In this document: piece by piece, positions 1 through 8,276 of the stretch
How positions within the stretch are numbered: position 1 is the stretch's first letter
Layout: every line of letters starts with the position of its first letter
Source: a virus
DNA: 64,000 nucleotides
Reading direction: 5' to 3' (one strand)
IMG/VR virus record: IMGVR_UViG_3300045988_152178
The notes under the pieces: model-generated
Told to the model about the DNA's origin: nothing
The model's database searches: none
The model's input: the letters and a program-made list of their open reading frames with translations, nothing else
Position numbers and translations under genes: made by a program

Positions 1-1
1 T

Positions 2-94
2 CGCTTTCATGGAACAATAGATGGCAAGTTTGATTTTGAAAACTTTGCTGACAATTTCCTGATGCGTGTTGAAATGGAAAAAGAAGAATTATAG
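2..94 (+). CDS. 3' end of a CDS truncated by the window edge
   Basis: Open frame from position 2 to TAG at 92-94, same strand and packing as downstream genes. Confidence 0.3.
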   Translation, partial: RFHGTIDGKFDFENFADNFLMRVEMEKEEL

Positions 95-97
95 CTT

Positions 98-475
98 ATG
101 AAATTAGAAGACATAAAGTTCAAGGCTAAACGCCTTGACAACGGAGAATGGGTAAAAGGCGACTTGGTACATAGCACAAGTTATGTTGGCATAAGTTACC
201 CAAGTGATGAATTTTCTGATGTACCAAAAGTGCATAGAGTTGACCCTTCTACCGTCTGCCAGTTTACAGGACTGAAAGATGAGGATGGTAAGGAAATCTA
301 CGAGGGAGACCTTCTAGCAGAAAAAAGTTTTCCGATGTATGAAGTAGGATATATCGATGGCGAATTTGTGGCTTCTTACATTGGAGAGAACGCATTTATC
401 TTCAAACTCTATGCGTTAAGCAATGATTGTGTGGTATGTGGCTCAAAATACGACAGAAAAGGAGGTGAGAAATGA
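98..475 (+). CDS. YopX-like domain protein
   Basis: 125-aa ORF. KFKAKRLDNGEWVKGDL ... TGLKDEDGKEIYEGDLL resembles the YopX family pattern. The N-terminal half is nearly identical to 7694..8116. Confidence 0.6.
   Translation: MKLEDIKFKAKRLDNGEWVKGDLVHSTSYVGISYPSDEFSDVPKVHRVDPSTVCQFTGLKDEDGKEIYEGDLLAEKSFPMYEVGYIDGEFVASYIGENAFIFKLYALSNDCVVCGSKYDRKGGEK
134..279 (+). repeat. 146-bp direct repeat, copy 1
   Basis: Identical to 7730..7875 except for one mismatch (position 228). Confidence 0.9.
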
Positions 476-714
476 ATACACTATACGAAAAAGCCGTTGA
501 ATTGCTAGTTAGTGACATTCAAGACAAAGCTCTCAAAGAGAAGATTGGTACTCTTGGCAAAAAGACAGAAATGGAAATCAACGAGCCTCCAAAAAACATC
601 ATCTTATATCCAAGCGAACACTTCAATGATGGTTTAATCGAGACTTCTATCCCTCTCACTAGAAGGGAAAGAAGAAAGTTGAACTTAAAGAAGAATAGAT
701 ATGAAAAAGTATGA
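472..714 (+). CDS. hypothetical protein
   Basis: 80-aa ORF with ATGA stop-start overlap with the upstream gene. Confidence 0.55.
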   Translation: MNTLYEKAVELLVSDIQDKALKEKIGTLGKKTEMEINEPPKNIILYPSEHFNDGLIETSIPLTRRERRKLNLKKNRYEKV

Positions 715-925
715 ATATGAGTATATGGTAACTTCTATAGTTATCAAGAAAGCTGACGAGATAGCTCAGGTTTTATCTAATAGATTCAACCAAGAAGGCT
801 ATGAAGGTTGGGAGTTAGTGCAATGGAACATCATGCCACCTGCTGCACTTTTAACGGCTTCTACGACACCTTGCTGTGGCTCAATATATATTCTTGCAAC
901 ATTTAAGAAGAAGTTGAGAGTGTAA
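701..925 (+). CDS. hypothetical protein, DUF4177-like
   Basis: 74-aa ORF. KYEYEYMV ... EGYEGWELVQ resembles the DUF4177 pattern. The assignment is tentative. Confidence 0.45.
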   Translation: MKKYEYEYMVTSIVIKKADEIAQVLSNRFNQEGYEGWELVQWNIMPPAALLTASTTPCCGSIYILATFKKKLRV

Positions 926-1101
926 TGGTAAGCAATGATACTGAGCTTAGAATGATAGCTGCGCAGATAACTACGAAGACTTCTATTGGAACAGAAGACT
1001 TGTATAGCCGTTATAGTAGTGTATCACGTATGTTAGGTAATATGTTTAATGATGTGTATTACATTCTTCAAGATGTAAGATACAGATATAAATACAAGTA
1101 G
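925..1101 (+). CDS. hypothetical small protein (58 aa)
   Basis: Not in the ORF track (<60 aa). TAATG overlap with the upstream stop. It ends in the recurrent TAGCGTATG junction. Confidence 0.4.
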   Translation: MVSNDTELRMIAAQITTKTSIGTEDLYSRYSSVSRMLGNMFNDVYYILQDVRYRYKYK

Positions 1102-1104
1102 CGT

Positions 1105-1326
1105 ATGAGCAAGGAAACATTTGACTTCTCGGAGGCTCTGAGAAGAATGAAGGAAGGGAAGAAAGTGAGAAGAAAAATTTGGACAGAAGGTCTATATGTT
1201 TTCATTAAAAACAAAGCCCTTATGTATCAAAGTCATATAACTCATGGAATTGTAGCGAATCCTTATGGTAAATTTAAGGGTACGAGAGATAAATCAGCAA
1301 CTGACTGGGAGGAGGTGGAAGAATGA
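1105..1326 (+). CDS. DUF2829-like small protein (Tad2-like candidate)
   Basis: FDFSEALRRMKEGKKVRRKIW ... DWEEVEE matches the remembered DUF2829 pattern (FgeAlealkeGkkvrRkgW ... DWeiv). Confidence 0.6.
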   Translation: MSKETFDFSEALRRMKEGKKVRRKIWTEGLYVFIKNKALMYQSHITHGIVANPYGKFKGTRDKSATDWEEVEE

Positions 1327-1499
1327 AGAAGTATAGTTTCGCAAACGCCAAGCCTGTCAACCTAAGAAAGATTGACTATTGGTTTCGTGTCGGTCAGTGT
1401 GGTTGCCATAAGACGGACTTCAAGCCTACTCTCAGAGAAATTCGAGGTAGAGTTGCTGAGAAGAAGAAATCGTCTAAGGAATTAAGTAAAGCGTTTTGA
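1323..1499 (+). CDS. hypothetical small basic protein (58 aa)
   Basis: ATGA overlap with the 1105..1326 stop. Hand-translated: MKKYSFANAKPVNLRKIDYWFRVGQCGCHK... Confidence 0.4.
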   Translation: MKKYSFANAKPVNLRKIDYWFRVGQCGCHKTDFKPTLREIRGRVAEKKKSSKELSKAF

Positions 1500-1501
1500 G
1501 T

Positions 1502-1822
1502 ATGGAAAATCTAGAAGATATTAAGGTAGGAGACAAGGTTATCCTATACCGCAGATTTCAAGATAGAACTGTCTGCAAGGTAGAGAGACTGACTAAGAAC
1601 TTCATCATAGTTGAAGGCCGCAAGTATCGCAAGAAGGATGGCTTTGAAGCTGGAGACTGCGGAATTTATGTCAGCTCTATTTTGAGAGCTACAGAACAGA
1701 TGATTGCCGAGATAGAGGAGGAACATAAGCGTGATGTCATCATCAGCTATATAAGAAATTGCCGTCTTAGCACGCTACCAACAGATGTGCTAGAGAAAGT
1801 GTATGAACTAATTAAAAAGTAA
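1502..1822 (+). CDS. hypothetical protein
   Basis: The ORF track begins at TTG 1496. The first ATG is at 1502. Confidence 0.6.
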   Translation: MENLEDIKVGDKVILYRRFQDRTVCKVERLTKNFIIVEGRKYRKKDGFEAGDCGIYVSSILRATEQMIAEIEEEHKRDVIISYIRNCRLSTLPTDVLEKVYELIKK

Positions 1823-1827
1823 ACTAT

Positions 1828-2262
1828 ATGGCAGAAAAGAAAGTATTAACTATTCATCTTACTGATGAGTGGTACCAGAAAATAGCTAGCGGAGAGAAGA
1901 CAGAGGAGTATCGGGAATGCTCTGTATTCTGGACGATTCGTCTGTTAAGAAAGGATATACCGAATAGGTCAGCCGTGATAGCTGGCGTAGCCAAATATCA
2001 TCGTGCTTCCGATAGAGGTCTTTTCGTGCAAGGCTACCTTACCGGAGGACTCAAGCACACTTCGGACAGTCCGGTAGATAGAACTTACCGCAAGGAGGTA
2101 TTAGAGCCTTTCACTCATGTTCATTTCCTCCTCGGTTATCCGAAAGATAACCAACCGTATATCGAGAAGGAAATCGACGAGATAACGGTAGATAAGCCCA
2201 AAAAGGGCATGTGCCCTGATGCGTGGTTAAAAAAGAATATGTTCGTAATCAGATTCAAATAG
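1828..2262 (+). CDS. ASCH/PUA-like domain protein (tentative), paralog of 6937..7359
   Basis: LTIHLTDEWYQKIASGEKTEEYRE resembles the ASCH N-terminal pattern. The C-terminus GYPKDNQPYIEKEIDEITVDKPKKGMCP is shared with its paralog. Confidence 0.5.
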   Translation: MAEKKVLTIHLTDEWYQKIASGEKTEEYRECSVFWTIRLLRKDIPNRSAVIAGVAKYHRASDRGLFVQGYLTGGLKHTSDSPVDRTYRKEVLEPFTHVHFLLGYPKDNQPYIEKEIDEITVDKPKKGMCPDAWLKKNMFVIRFK

Positions 2263-2270
2263 ATAATCGC

Positions 2271-2408
2271 ATGGCTAAGAAAGAAGAGAAATGTTGTGGC
2301 AACTGCTTCTGGTTTGATAACGAAGATGCCTACGGTCAAGGCTGGTGCATCGATTCGCAAGGCGAAACGTCATGTGATTTGGTTTGTGATAATCATTTAA
2401 ACAGATAA
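2271..2408 (+). CDS. small Cys-rich protein (CxxC...C...C...C), paralog of 8121..8276
   Basis: MAKKEEKCCGNCFWFDNEDAYGQGWCIDSQGETSCDLVCDNH. Same position after the ASCH/YopX genes as its paralog. Confidence 0.5.
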   Translation: MAKKEEKCCGNCFWFDNEDAYGQGWCIDSQGETSCDLVCDNHLNR

Positions 2409-2412
2409 GCGT

Positions 2413-2544
2413 ATGGAAATAAATTATAGAGATTATCCTCTGAGTATTTATAAGCATCCGGAGCTAATGGAAATGATGATTCCTACTCCAAAAGACTTCG
2501 GGCAGTATCTGTATAATAAACGTAATAGGAGAAGAAAGAAATGA
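2413..2544 (+). CDS. hypothetical small protein (43 aa)
   Basis: Starts in a TAAGCGTATG junction. ATGA overlap with the next ORF. Confidence 0.3.
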   Translation: MEINYRDYPLSIYKHPELMEMMIPTPKDFGQYLYNKRNRRRKK

Positions 2545-2798
2545 CGTTAGAGTTATCGATGGAAGAAAAGATAATCGTAACCGTTCTCTGGGCATTCACG
2601 ATATTCTTTCTGTTGTTGGTTTCCGGAATATTTGAAGGTAGGCATGAGCCTATAAAACCGCCAGATATTCCACCACCACCGCCGCTATCTCGCCCCCATC
2701 CTCTGCTATTCCGTCGCAGATCAAGATTAAGAACTAATAAACGAAAAAGATATGTTATACGAAGCAAAACAAGGAACAAAGGCTTACGAATACATTAA
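2541..2798 (+). CDS. small membrane protein with Pro-rich and basic tail
   Basis: Hydrophobic segment VTVLWAFTIFFLLLVSGIF followed by PPDIPPPPPLSRP. Confidence 0.45.
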   Translation: MTLELSMEEKIIVTVLWAFTIFFLLLVSGIFEGRHEPIKPPDIPPPPPLSRPHPLLFRRRSRLRTNKRKRYVIRSKTRNKGLRIH

Positions 2799-3300
2799 GG
2801 GTATTCTCGATGCTGAAGAAAAAGAGTATCAAGCCTATATAGAAAGGGTGAAGAAGGCTGTAGGCTTCGAGTTTAATAAGTATCGAGGTTATCAGCCTAA
2901 CAGTAGTTTGCTGCGAGAGTACGAAGTAACCGCTATCTGGGTACCATCCGAGCGATATGAAACGCTGGATAAGAAGATATGGAGAAAATTTGATGGTGTA
3001 AAACTGGAGGATGGCTATTATATAGCCGTAGCACCTAATAAGAGATACAAGCAGGGCAAGGCTATCGCTGCCGTGCTTGCCTCTTACCATGCTGTTACTG
3101 ATCATTTCAAGATATTGAAGGAACTGGACATAGAACTTCCTCAAGCTGCCTCTTTTTCCATCACTCAGCTTCTCCGTTGCTATGATCGTTACTTTGTATT
3201 CTTCGATGATAGCATTCGAGCCGAGAAATCCAATCCTGATTTCAAGGAAATCACGATAGGAGAGTATGAGGATCTTATTAATAGTGATAATGAAAAGTAG
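2752..3300 (+). CDS. hypothetical protein
   Basis: 182-aa ORF ending in a TAGCGTATG junction. Confidence 0.65.
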   Translation: MLYEAKQGTKAYEYIKGILDAEEKEYQAYIERVKKAVGFEFNKYRGYQPNSSLLREYEVTAIWVPSERYETLDKKIWRKFDGVKLEDGYYIAVAPNKRYKQGKAIAAVLASYHAVTDHFKILKELDIELPQAASFSITQLLRCYDRYFVFFDDSIRAEKSNPDFKEITIGEYEDLINSDNEK

Positions 3301-3303
3301 CGT

Positions 3304-3765
3304 ATGGAGATAAATATAGAACAGGTAAAGGAGAAGATTGCAGGCTTTATTTTTGACCTTATTATAGAGTCGGGTAGTAAGTCTAAGTTCTTCCGTAAGT
3401 ACACCAACCATCGCTTCCGCAAGCAGTATGAACGGGTGGTAGATAGTTGCAATTATTATTGGATTTGCAGACGTAATTACGATTTGGAAAAAATGAATGG
3501 CAGGCTGCATGAGGAGATCGACGACTTACATTGCAGACTTCGTTTTATTCATGAAAGGGTGAAAGTCGTAGCTACGGAGTATCCCAAGAACATTTCTTGT
3601 CCTCACGGAGAAAAGGATGAAGAGAGCCACTGCCCTGTTAGAACAGATTCAACCGATTGCTGGTGCTGCCCAGGGTTCGTGTGTAGAGTACCCGAAAAAG
3701 GTACCATTATCTGTTGGAATAAGAACTTTGAACAGAGTGAGGATTTAGAAAATAAAGAAAAATAG
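3304..3765 (+). CDS. hypothetical protein with Cys-rich C-terminus
   Basis: 153-aa ORF. ISCPHGEKDEESHCPVRTDSTDCWCCPGFVC. Confidence 0.6.
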   Translation: MEINIEQVKEKIAGFIFDLIIESGSKSKFFRKYTNHRFRKQYERVVDSCNYYWICRRNYDLEKMNGRLHEEIDDLHCRLRFIHERVKVVATEYPKNISCPHGEKDEESHCPVRTDSTDCWCCPGFVCRVPEKGTIICWNKNFEQSEDLENKEK

Positions 3766-3768
3766 CGT

Positions 3769-4767
3769 ATGGAAACAGAAACGAAAGAAACTCCTGTAAA
3801 GGGAGCATTGATTTACCAGCCGCGGGGTGCGGCTGGTGAATATGCTAAGTGGGCAATCAATCTATACCATGGTTGCTCTAATGGCTGCACATATTGTTAT
3901 AACCGCAGAGGGGTATTGAGCCACGTTTTTGGTGATAAGCCGGAACTGGCAGCACCTATCGTCAAGTCGCGCGACAGACAAATTAATTATTTCTTGGAAC
4001 GCAAAAAACTCACTGCGCACGATCCGATACCATACGGAGTTATCGAGAATTGCACCAATGTAGCTATTCTTTCTTTGATATACAATGATACAAGAATGAT
4101 TGGTATCTTTCGTCTGATAGAAGACGGAGGCGTATTCATGTCGTTTACATGTGACCCGCTCGATACTGACGAGAATGCGCAGCATTATACATTTGTCGCG
4201 GCAAAAAAACTTCTCGGATATGGCATTCCTGTAACGCTGTTGACTAAGAATGTAGCGTGGTTAAAGGAAGATAGCTGGAAGCTCCTTCTTGAAGAATATC
4301 CAAAACTTATCTGTTGTCAAAATCATCATGCACTCCTCACCATCGGTTTCACTATCACCGGTAAAGATGAGCTGGAGCCTAATGCTCCTTCTACAGAGAA
4401 GCGCATCGAAGCTTTACGCAAGTTGCACGATGAATACAAGATTAAGACCTTTGTATCTCTAGAGCCGATAACAAGTATTCATACTGCATCGGAAGTAATC
4501 AAGAAAACATACGAGACTGCGGACGAGATACGTATCGGTGCTCAATCTCCTATCAAGAAAGATAGATATGATCCCAACGAGTTTGTCGGTTTTATTGTTG
4601 CGGTTAAAACCCTGGCACGCGTTTTTGATTGCCGTTTTATGGTAAAGGACAGCATGTATAAACAGGCAGAAACTTTTGAAGGTGTTTATCGAGATTTGTG
4701 TGTCAGAAATCTTGATGAAATAAAAAAGATTTATAATTCAAAACAAAAAGAAAATGATGAAAAGTAA
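3769..4767 (+). CDS. radical SAM protein
   Basis: CxxxCxxC cluster motif in HGCSNGCTYCYN near the N-terminus. 332 aa. Confidence 0.75.
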   Translation: METETKETPVKGALIYQPRGAAGEYAKWAINLYHGCSNGCTYCYNRRGVLSHVFGDKPELAAPIVKSRDRQINYFLERKKLTAHDPIPYGVIENCTNVAILSLIYNDTRMIGIFRLIEDGGVFMSFTCDPLDTDENAQHYTFVAAKKLLGYGIPVTLLTKNVAWLKEDSWKLLLEEYPKLICCQNHHALLTIGFTITGKDELEPNAPSTEKRIEALRKLHDEYKIKTFVSLEPITSIHTASEVIKKTYETADEIRIGAQSPIKKDRYDPNEFVGFIVAVKTLARVFDCRFMVKDSMYKQAETFEGVYRDLCVRNLDEIKKIYNSKQKENDEK

Positions 4768-5410
4768 ATTGAAGTATTACGCTCAGGTTATCGGTGTTAA
4801 CCTGTTGGCGGCACTGGTACCTATCCTTGCCGTTGTCCTTATTTATGGTTTCGGCAAGCTGAAGAACATCTGTTCCCACCCTTGCGTTTTATCGCAGGAG
4901 ATATACGATTGCTGCCTGGAGGCAATCATCGTGGTGCTGGCTGGTTTCTCCGTTGGTCTTTTGCTCCTTGGCTGGGCTGATAACTGGAGAAAGGCAAAGC
5001 TCAGAGTTCTAAAAAGTAGAAAAGAGCGTGAGGAATTAGAATTGCGTGTCAAGTTAGAGGTAGAGCCTATCGAGGAGAGAACGGAGCAGAAGAATACGCC
5101 TGCGCTTGGCGATTCCGAGTTTGAGGATATTTCCGGTTTGACAGTTAAGGAGATTTACCACCTTTATCATGGCCGTGAAGTTCTGATTATGGCAGGTAGT
5201 GCGAAAAGAAATTTTCTCGGCCGTCTTGCTGGCTATGACAATGAAGGTTCTATCCTTTACATAGGTTTCACTCAATCCTGCCTTGGTCCTTATTCCCTAG
5301 AGGAAATAAACGATATACGTCGTAATCAGGATCCAGAAGTTAGCTACGTAGAGCCAGTACATAAAAGTTACGATTTCTGCATCTCTAGTCTTATCCGTAT
5401 TTATAAGTAA
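4754..5410 (+). CDS. membrane protein, hypothetical
   Basis: Two hydrophobic helices (VIGVNLLAALVPILAVVLIYGF, IIVVLAGFSVGLLLLGW) followed by a soluble domain. Confidence 0.6.
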   Translation: MMKSKLKYYAQVIGVNLLAALVPILAVVLIYGFGKLKNICSHPCVLSQEIYDCCLEAIIVVLAGFSVGLLLLGWADNWRKAKLRVLKSRKEREELELRVKLEVEPIEERTEQKNTPALGDSEFEDISGLTVKEIYHLYHGREVLIMAGSAKRNFLGRLAGYDNEGSILYIGFTQSCLGPYSLEEINDIRRNQDPEVSYVEPVHKSYDFCISSLIRIYK

Positions 5411-5419
5411 AAAATAGTT

Positions 5420-6001
5420 ATGAAGAAAAATTATTTATTTGATGTTGATGGCTTGCTGCAGGTGCTGCAAGCCATCAAGGAGGGGAAGCCGGTGGAATAT
5501 CGCTTATTGGAGGAACCTGATTGGCGAGATTTCGACCCAGAGGATTGCGATATTGATACAGAGAACTGTAAGTATCGCGTTAAGCCTTGTGAGTATGGAG
5601 AGAATATTGGTACTATAGTTATTCGTCCGGAAGACTTGCAGGAAGGTATGATTTACCTCTTGACACACGGAGAGTACAACACGAAGGATAAAGATTTTAT
5701 CTGTGTAAAGAGTAATCTATGGCGTGAGAACAGGATTGTTACCTTTCACTTCTCATTGCAGAGTGCTGACGTTTGCGATACGCTTCAAGTGGGCGATGAT
5801 AATGTAGATGCCGCGCATAGCGAGCAGTCAAAAGGCTTTGCCAACATTATCGCTCCCTGTCTCGTTTCTAATAACTTTGATGGTGTAGAAATCCGCCTGG
5901 CATCCCTGGCTCAAGTCAAGATGCTGGAATCTAAACTGCGTGAAATCGGTTATGAGTTCAAGGACGGACAAATGAAAAAGATAGATGGGAACAAAGAGTA
6001 A
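5420..6001 (+). CDS. hypothetical protein
   Basis: 193-aa ORF, co-directional and tightly packed. Confidence 0.65.
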   Translation: MKKNYLFDVDGLLQVLQAIKEGKPVEYRLLEEPDWRDFDPEDCDIDTENCKYRVKPCEYGENIGTIVIRPEDLQEGMIYLLTHGEYNTKDKDFICVKSNLWRENRIVTFHFSLQSADVCDTLQVGDDNVDAAHSEQSKGFANIIAPCLVSNNFDGVEIRLASLAQVKMLESKLREIGYEFKDGQMKKIDGNKE

Positions 6002-6200
6002 ACAAGCACCGCTCCTTACTAAGGAGCAGGTATCAGAGCTGCTTCTTCAGCAGTATTTGCGCGGCTGGAAATCGAACCCTACGTATATCGTAGAAAACCT
6101 TTACGTGTTCGACTGGGAGAGTGATATGCTCATCAAGACTCGAAGCGGATATTGGTATGAGGGGGAAGCCGTTGCTGGTTTCAAGAAATTTAAAAAGTAA
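5985..6200 (+). CDS. hypothetical protein
   Basis: 71-aa ORF overlapping the upstream gene end by 17 nt. Confidence 0.45.
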   Translation: MGTKSKQAPLLTKEQVSELLLQQYLRGWKSNPTYIVENLYVFDWESDMLIKTRSGYWYEGEAVAGFKKFKK

Positions 6201-6212
6201 ATTGATAGCAAT

Positions 6213-6773
6213 ATGGATGATTACACAAAACGTAAGAATACAGAATCTGAGGAGAACTATACGCTTTACGCTGGACTTGGTTCAGAAGTTTTTATTGTTC
6301 CCCGAGAGCACCTTCTTAACGAAAGTGATGGTTCTATAAAAGATGGTTGGGAGAAATATGCAGTTTGTCTTGACGTTTCAGATAAAAAGGATGCCGTAAC
6401 GAGCTATTCAATATTCGAGAATGACGGAACCGCTGCACTCAAGATGAAATTTCATTTTTCATTTGATGCAGAATTAATAGATCTTCTTCGTGATGCTTGC
6501 GAGTTGACAAAATGCGTATTGCCATATCGCAGCCCTATTCCGTTTGCCGTGCGATATACGTACCCTTCATACAGAATCCCCGATGCCATGAAGCTGAAAA
6601 AGCCTTGGTGTCATTATCATCTGCCGGAGATACAAGCTCATTTTATAACTTATAGTAGCGGGGAAGTCCTGGTGTGCTTTATAATGGAAAGCGGAGATAT
6701 TGGAGCAATGTCATACCAGGAATACCGAAACTGTCTTAGTTACGAAAATGGGAAGAGGATAGCATTCCTGTAA
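6213..6773 (+). CDS. hypothetical protein
   Basis: 186-aa ORF. Confidence 0.65.
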   Translation: MDDYTKRKNTESEENYTLYAGLGSEVFIVPREHLLNESDGSIKDGWEKYAVCLDVSDKKDAVTSYSIFENDGTAALKMKFHFSFDAELIDLLRDACELTKCVLPYRSPIPFAVRYTYPSYRIPDAMKLKKPWCHYHLPEIQAHFITYSSGEVLVCFIMESGDIGAMSYQEYRNCLSYENGKRIAFL

Positions 6774-6936
6774 ATTCCAGCAGGTATCGCATTCCTTACC
6801 CTAACATAGCAGCGCAAATGCGGAAAATAGGTAAAGCCTTTGAAGCTGATACTCCTTGTTCCGTAGGAATGCAGATGCAAATTTTCCTCGATAATTATCA
6901 TAAATCACATAAAATTATAGGCAGTATAGGTAAATT

Positions 6937-7359
6937 ATGGAAAAGAAAATATTGACCTTTCATCTTGCCGATGAGTGGTATCAGAAGATAGTTAGCGGCG
7001 AAAAGACAGAGGAGTATAGGGAGTGTTCTGTTTACTGGGTAATGCGTCTGATAGCAAAAGATGCACCCAATAGAATAAAATTGATATACAACATCAATAT
7101 TGCTCGTGAGAAGGGAGCATTCATGTACGGCTACGTCTGTCAAGGCGGTACCCATGCTTCCGATAGTCCGGAAGATAGAGCATATCGTCAGAAGGTATTG
7201 CAGCCCTATACTCATGTCCATTTCGTTTCCGGTTATCCAAAAGATAATCAGCCGTATATCGAGCGAGAGATTGATGAAATTACTGTAGGCAAGCCTAAAA
7301 AAGGCATGTGCCCTGAAGAGTGGCTTGATAAGTATATGTTCGTAATTAGATTTAAATAG
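6937..7359 (+). CDS. ASCH/PUA-like domain protein (tentative), paralog of 1828..2262
   Basis: LTFHLADEWYQKIVSGEKTEEYRE and GYPKDNQPYIEREIDEITVGKPKKGMCP. Confidence 0.5.
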   Translation: MEKKILTFHLADEWYQKIVSGEKTEEYRECSVYWVMRLIAKDAPNRIKLIYNINIAREKGAFMYGYVCQGGTHASDSPEDRAYRQKVLQPYTHVHFVSGYPKDNQPYIEREIDEITVGKPKKGMCPEEWLDKYMFVIRFK

Positions 7360-7367
7360 ATAAGCGT

Positions 7368-7703
7368 ATGATACTTGCACAATGTTTAAATTTACAGATC
7401 GTACTTTTAGCGATATTCGTTATATCCCTTATCGTGTTGATGGAGCAGATAGCTGAGTATTTTTACTTTAGAAATGAAAAGCGGATTAAGGTACGGTTTG
7501 ATGTGGTTCGTCAGCCCAGATATTTCAACGGTGAAAAGCTTCCGCATTTTTGTGACGATATTGAATACTTCGTCAAGTATAAGAAGTTTTGGTGGCAGAA
7601 ATATAAGTACATAACGGACAGTTGTGGTCGTCCGATAAAGTTTGCCAGTGTAGATGCAGCCAAAGAGTGTCTTAAAAAGGAAGGGTATAAATTATGGAAA
7701 TAG
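7368..7703 (+). CDS. small membrane-anchored protein, hypothetical
   Basis: N-terminal hydrophobic stretch IVLLAIFVISLIVLM. 111 aa. Confidence 0.55.
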   Translation: MILAQCLNLQIVLLAIFVISLIVLMEQIAEYFYFRNEKRIKVRFDVVRQPRYFNGEKLPHFCDDIEYFVKYKKFWWQKYKYITDSCGRPIKFASVDAAKECLKKEGYKLWK

Positions 7704-8116
7704 GAAACATAAAGTTTAAGGCTAAGCGTCTTGACAACGGAGAATGGGTAAAAGGCGACTTGGTACATAGCACAAGTTATGTTGGCATAAGTTACCCAAG
7801 TGATGAATTTTCTGATGTACCAATAGTGCATAGAGTTGACCCTTCTACCGTCTGCCAGTTTACAGGACTGAAAGACTGTGAAGGCAAAGAAATTTGGGAA
7901 GGCGATATTCTCGAACATACACAAAGCCACGCCCGATTTACGGTGATGTTCGACCGCGGTGCGTTCTTCATTCGGAGAAATGGCACAGAGAACACAGATT
8001 TATATCTGTTCGAGCTTTCAGAAAAAGATAGCTGCCTCCAGCTTTTTGAGGTTGTTGGCAACAAGTTCGATACAGGCAATAGTCTAGAAAGTATTTATAA
8101 ATCAAAGAAGCAATAG
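7694..8116 (+). CDS. YopX-like domain protein, paralog of 98..475
   Basis: The N-terminal approx. 60 aa are nearly identical to 98..475. The C-terminal half is unrelated. Confidence 0.6.
   Translation: MEIGNIKFKAKRLDNGEWVKGDLVHSTSYVGISYPSDEFSDVPIVHRVDPSTVCQFTGLKDCEGKEIWEGDILEHTQSHARFTVMFDRGAFFIRRNGTENTDLYLFELSEKDSCLQLFEVVGNKFDTGNSLESIYKSKKQ
7730..7875 (+). repeat. 146-bp direct repeat, copy 2
   Basis: See 134..279. Constant offset of 7596 nt. Confidence 0.9.
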
Positions 8117-8120
8117 TCGT

Positions 8121-8276
8121 ATGTACGGTGAAGTATATCAGTTCTGTGGTAATTGTTATTGGTACGATGTTGACGATGACCATCGTGCCTCTGCATGGTG
8201 TGTTAAACATAAGGAAAAAACATCATGTTTTGATGTTTGTATGGATCATAAATTTATATGGAAGGAAAAGAGATGA
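8121..8276 (+). CDS. small Cys-rich protein (51 aa), paralog of 2271..2408
   Basis: Not in the ORF track. MYGEVYQFCGNCYWYDVDDDHRASAWCVKHKEKTSCFDVCMDHK has the same Cys spacing as its paralog. Confidence 0.45.
   Translation: MYGEVYQFCGNCYWYDVDDDHRASAWCVKHKEKTSCFDVCMDHKFIWKEKR

Noticed and set aside
2755-3510. 251-aa minus-strand ORF across the early genes
   Set aside because: It is antisense to two tightly coupled plus-strand genes joined by the conserved TAGCGTATG junction. The product would be hydrophobic and low complexity, which fits an AT-rich shadow frame.
6121-6339. 72-aa plus-strand ORF overlapping 5985..6200 and 6213..6773
   Set aside because: It overlaps two better-placed ORFs in other frames, and its sequence looks like out-of-frame translation.
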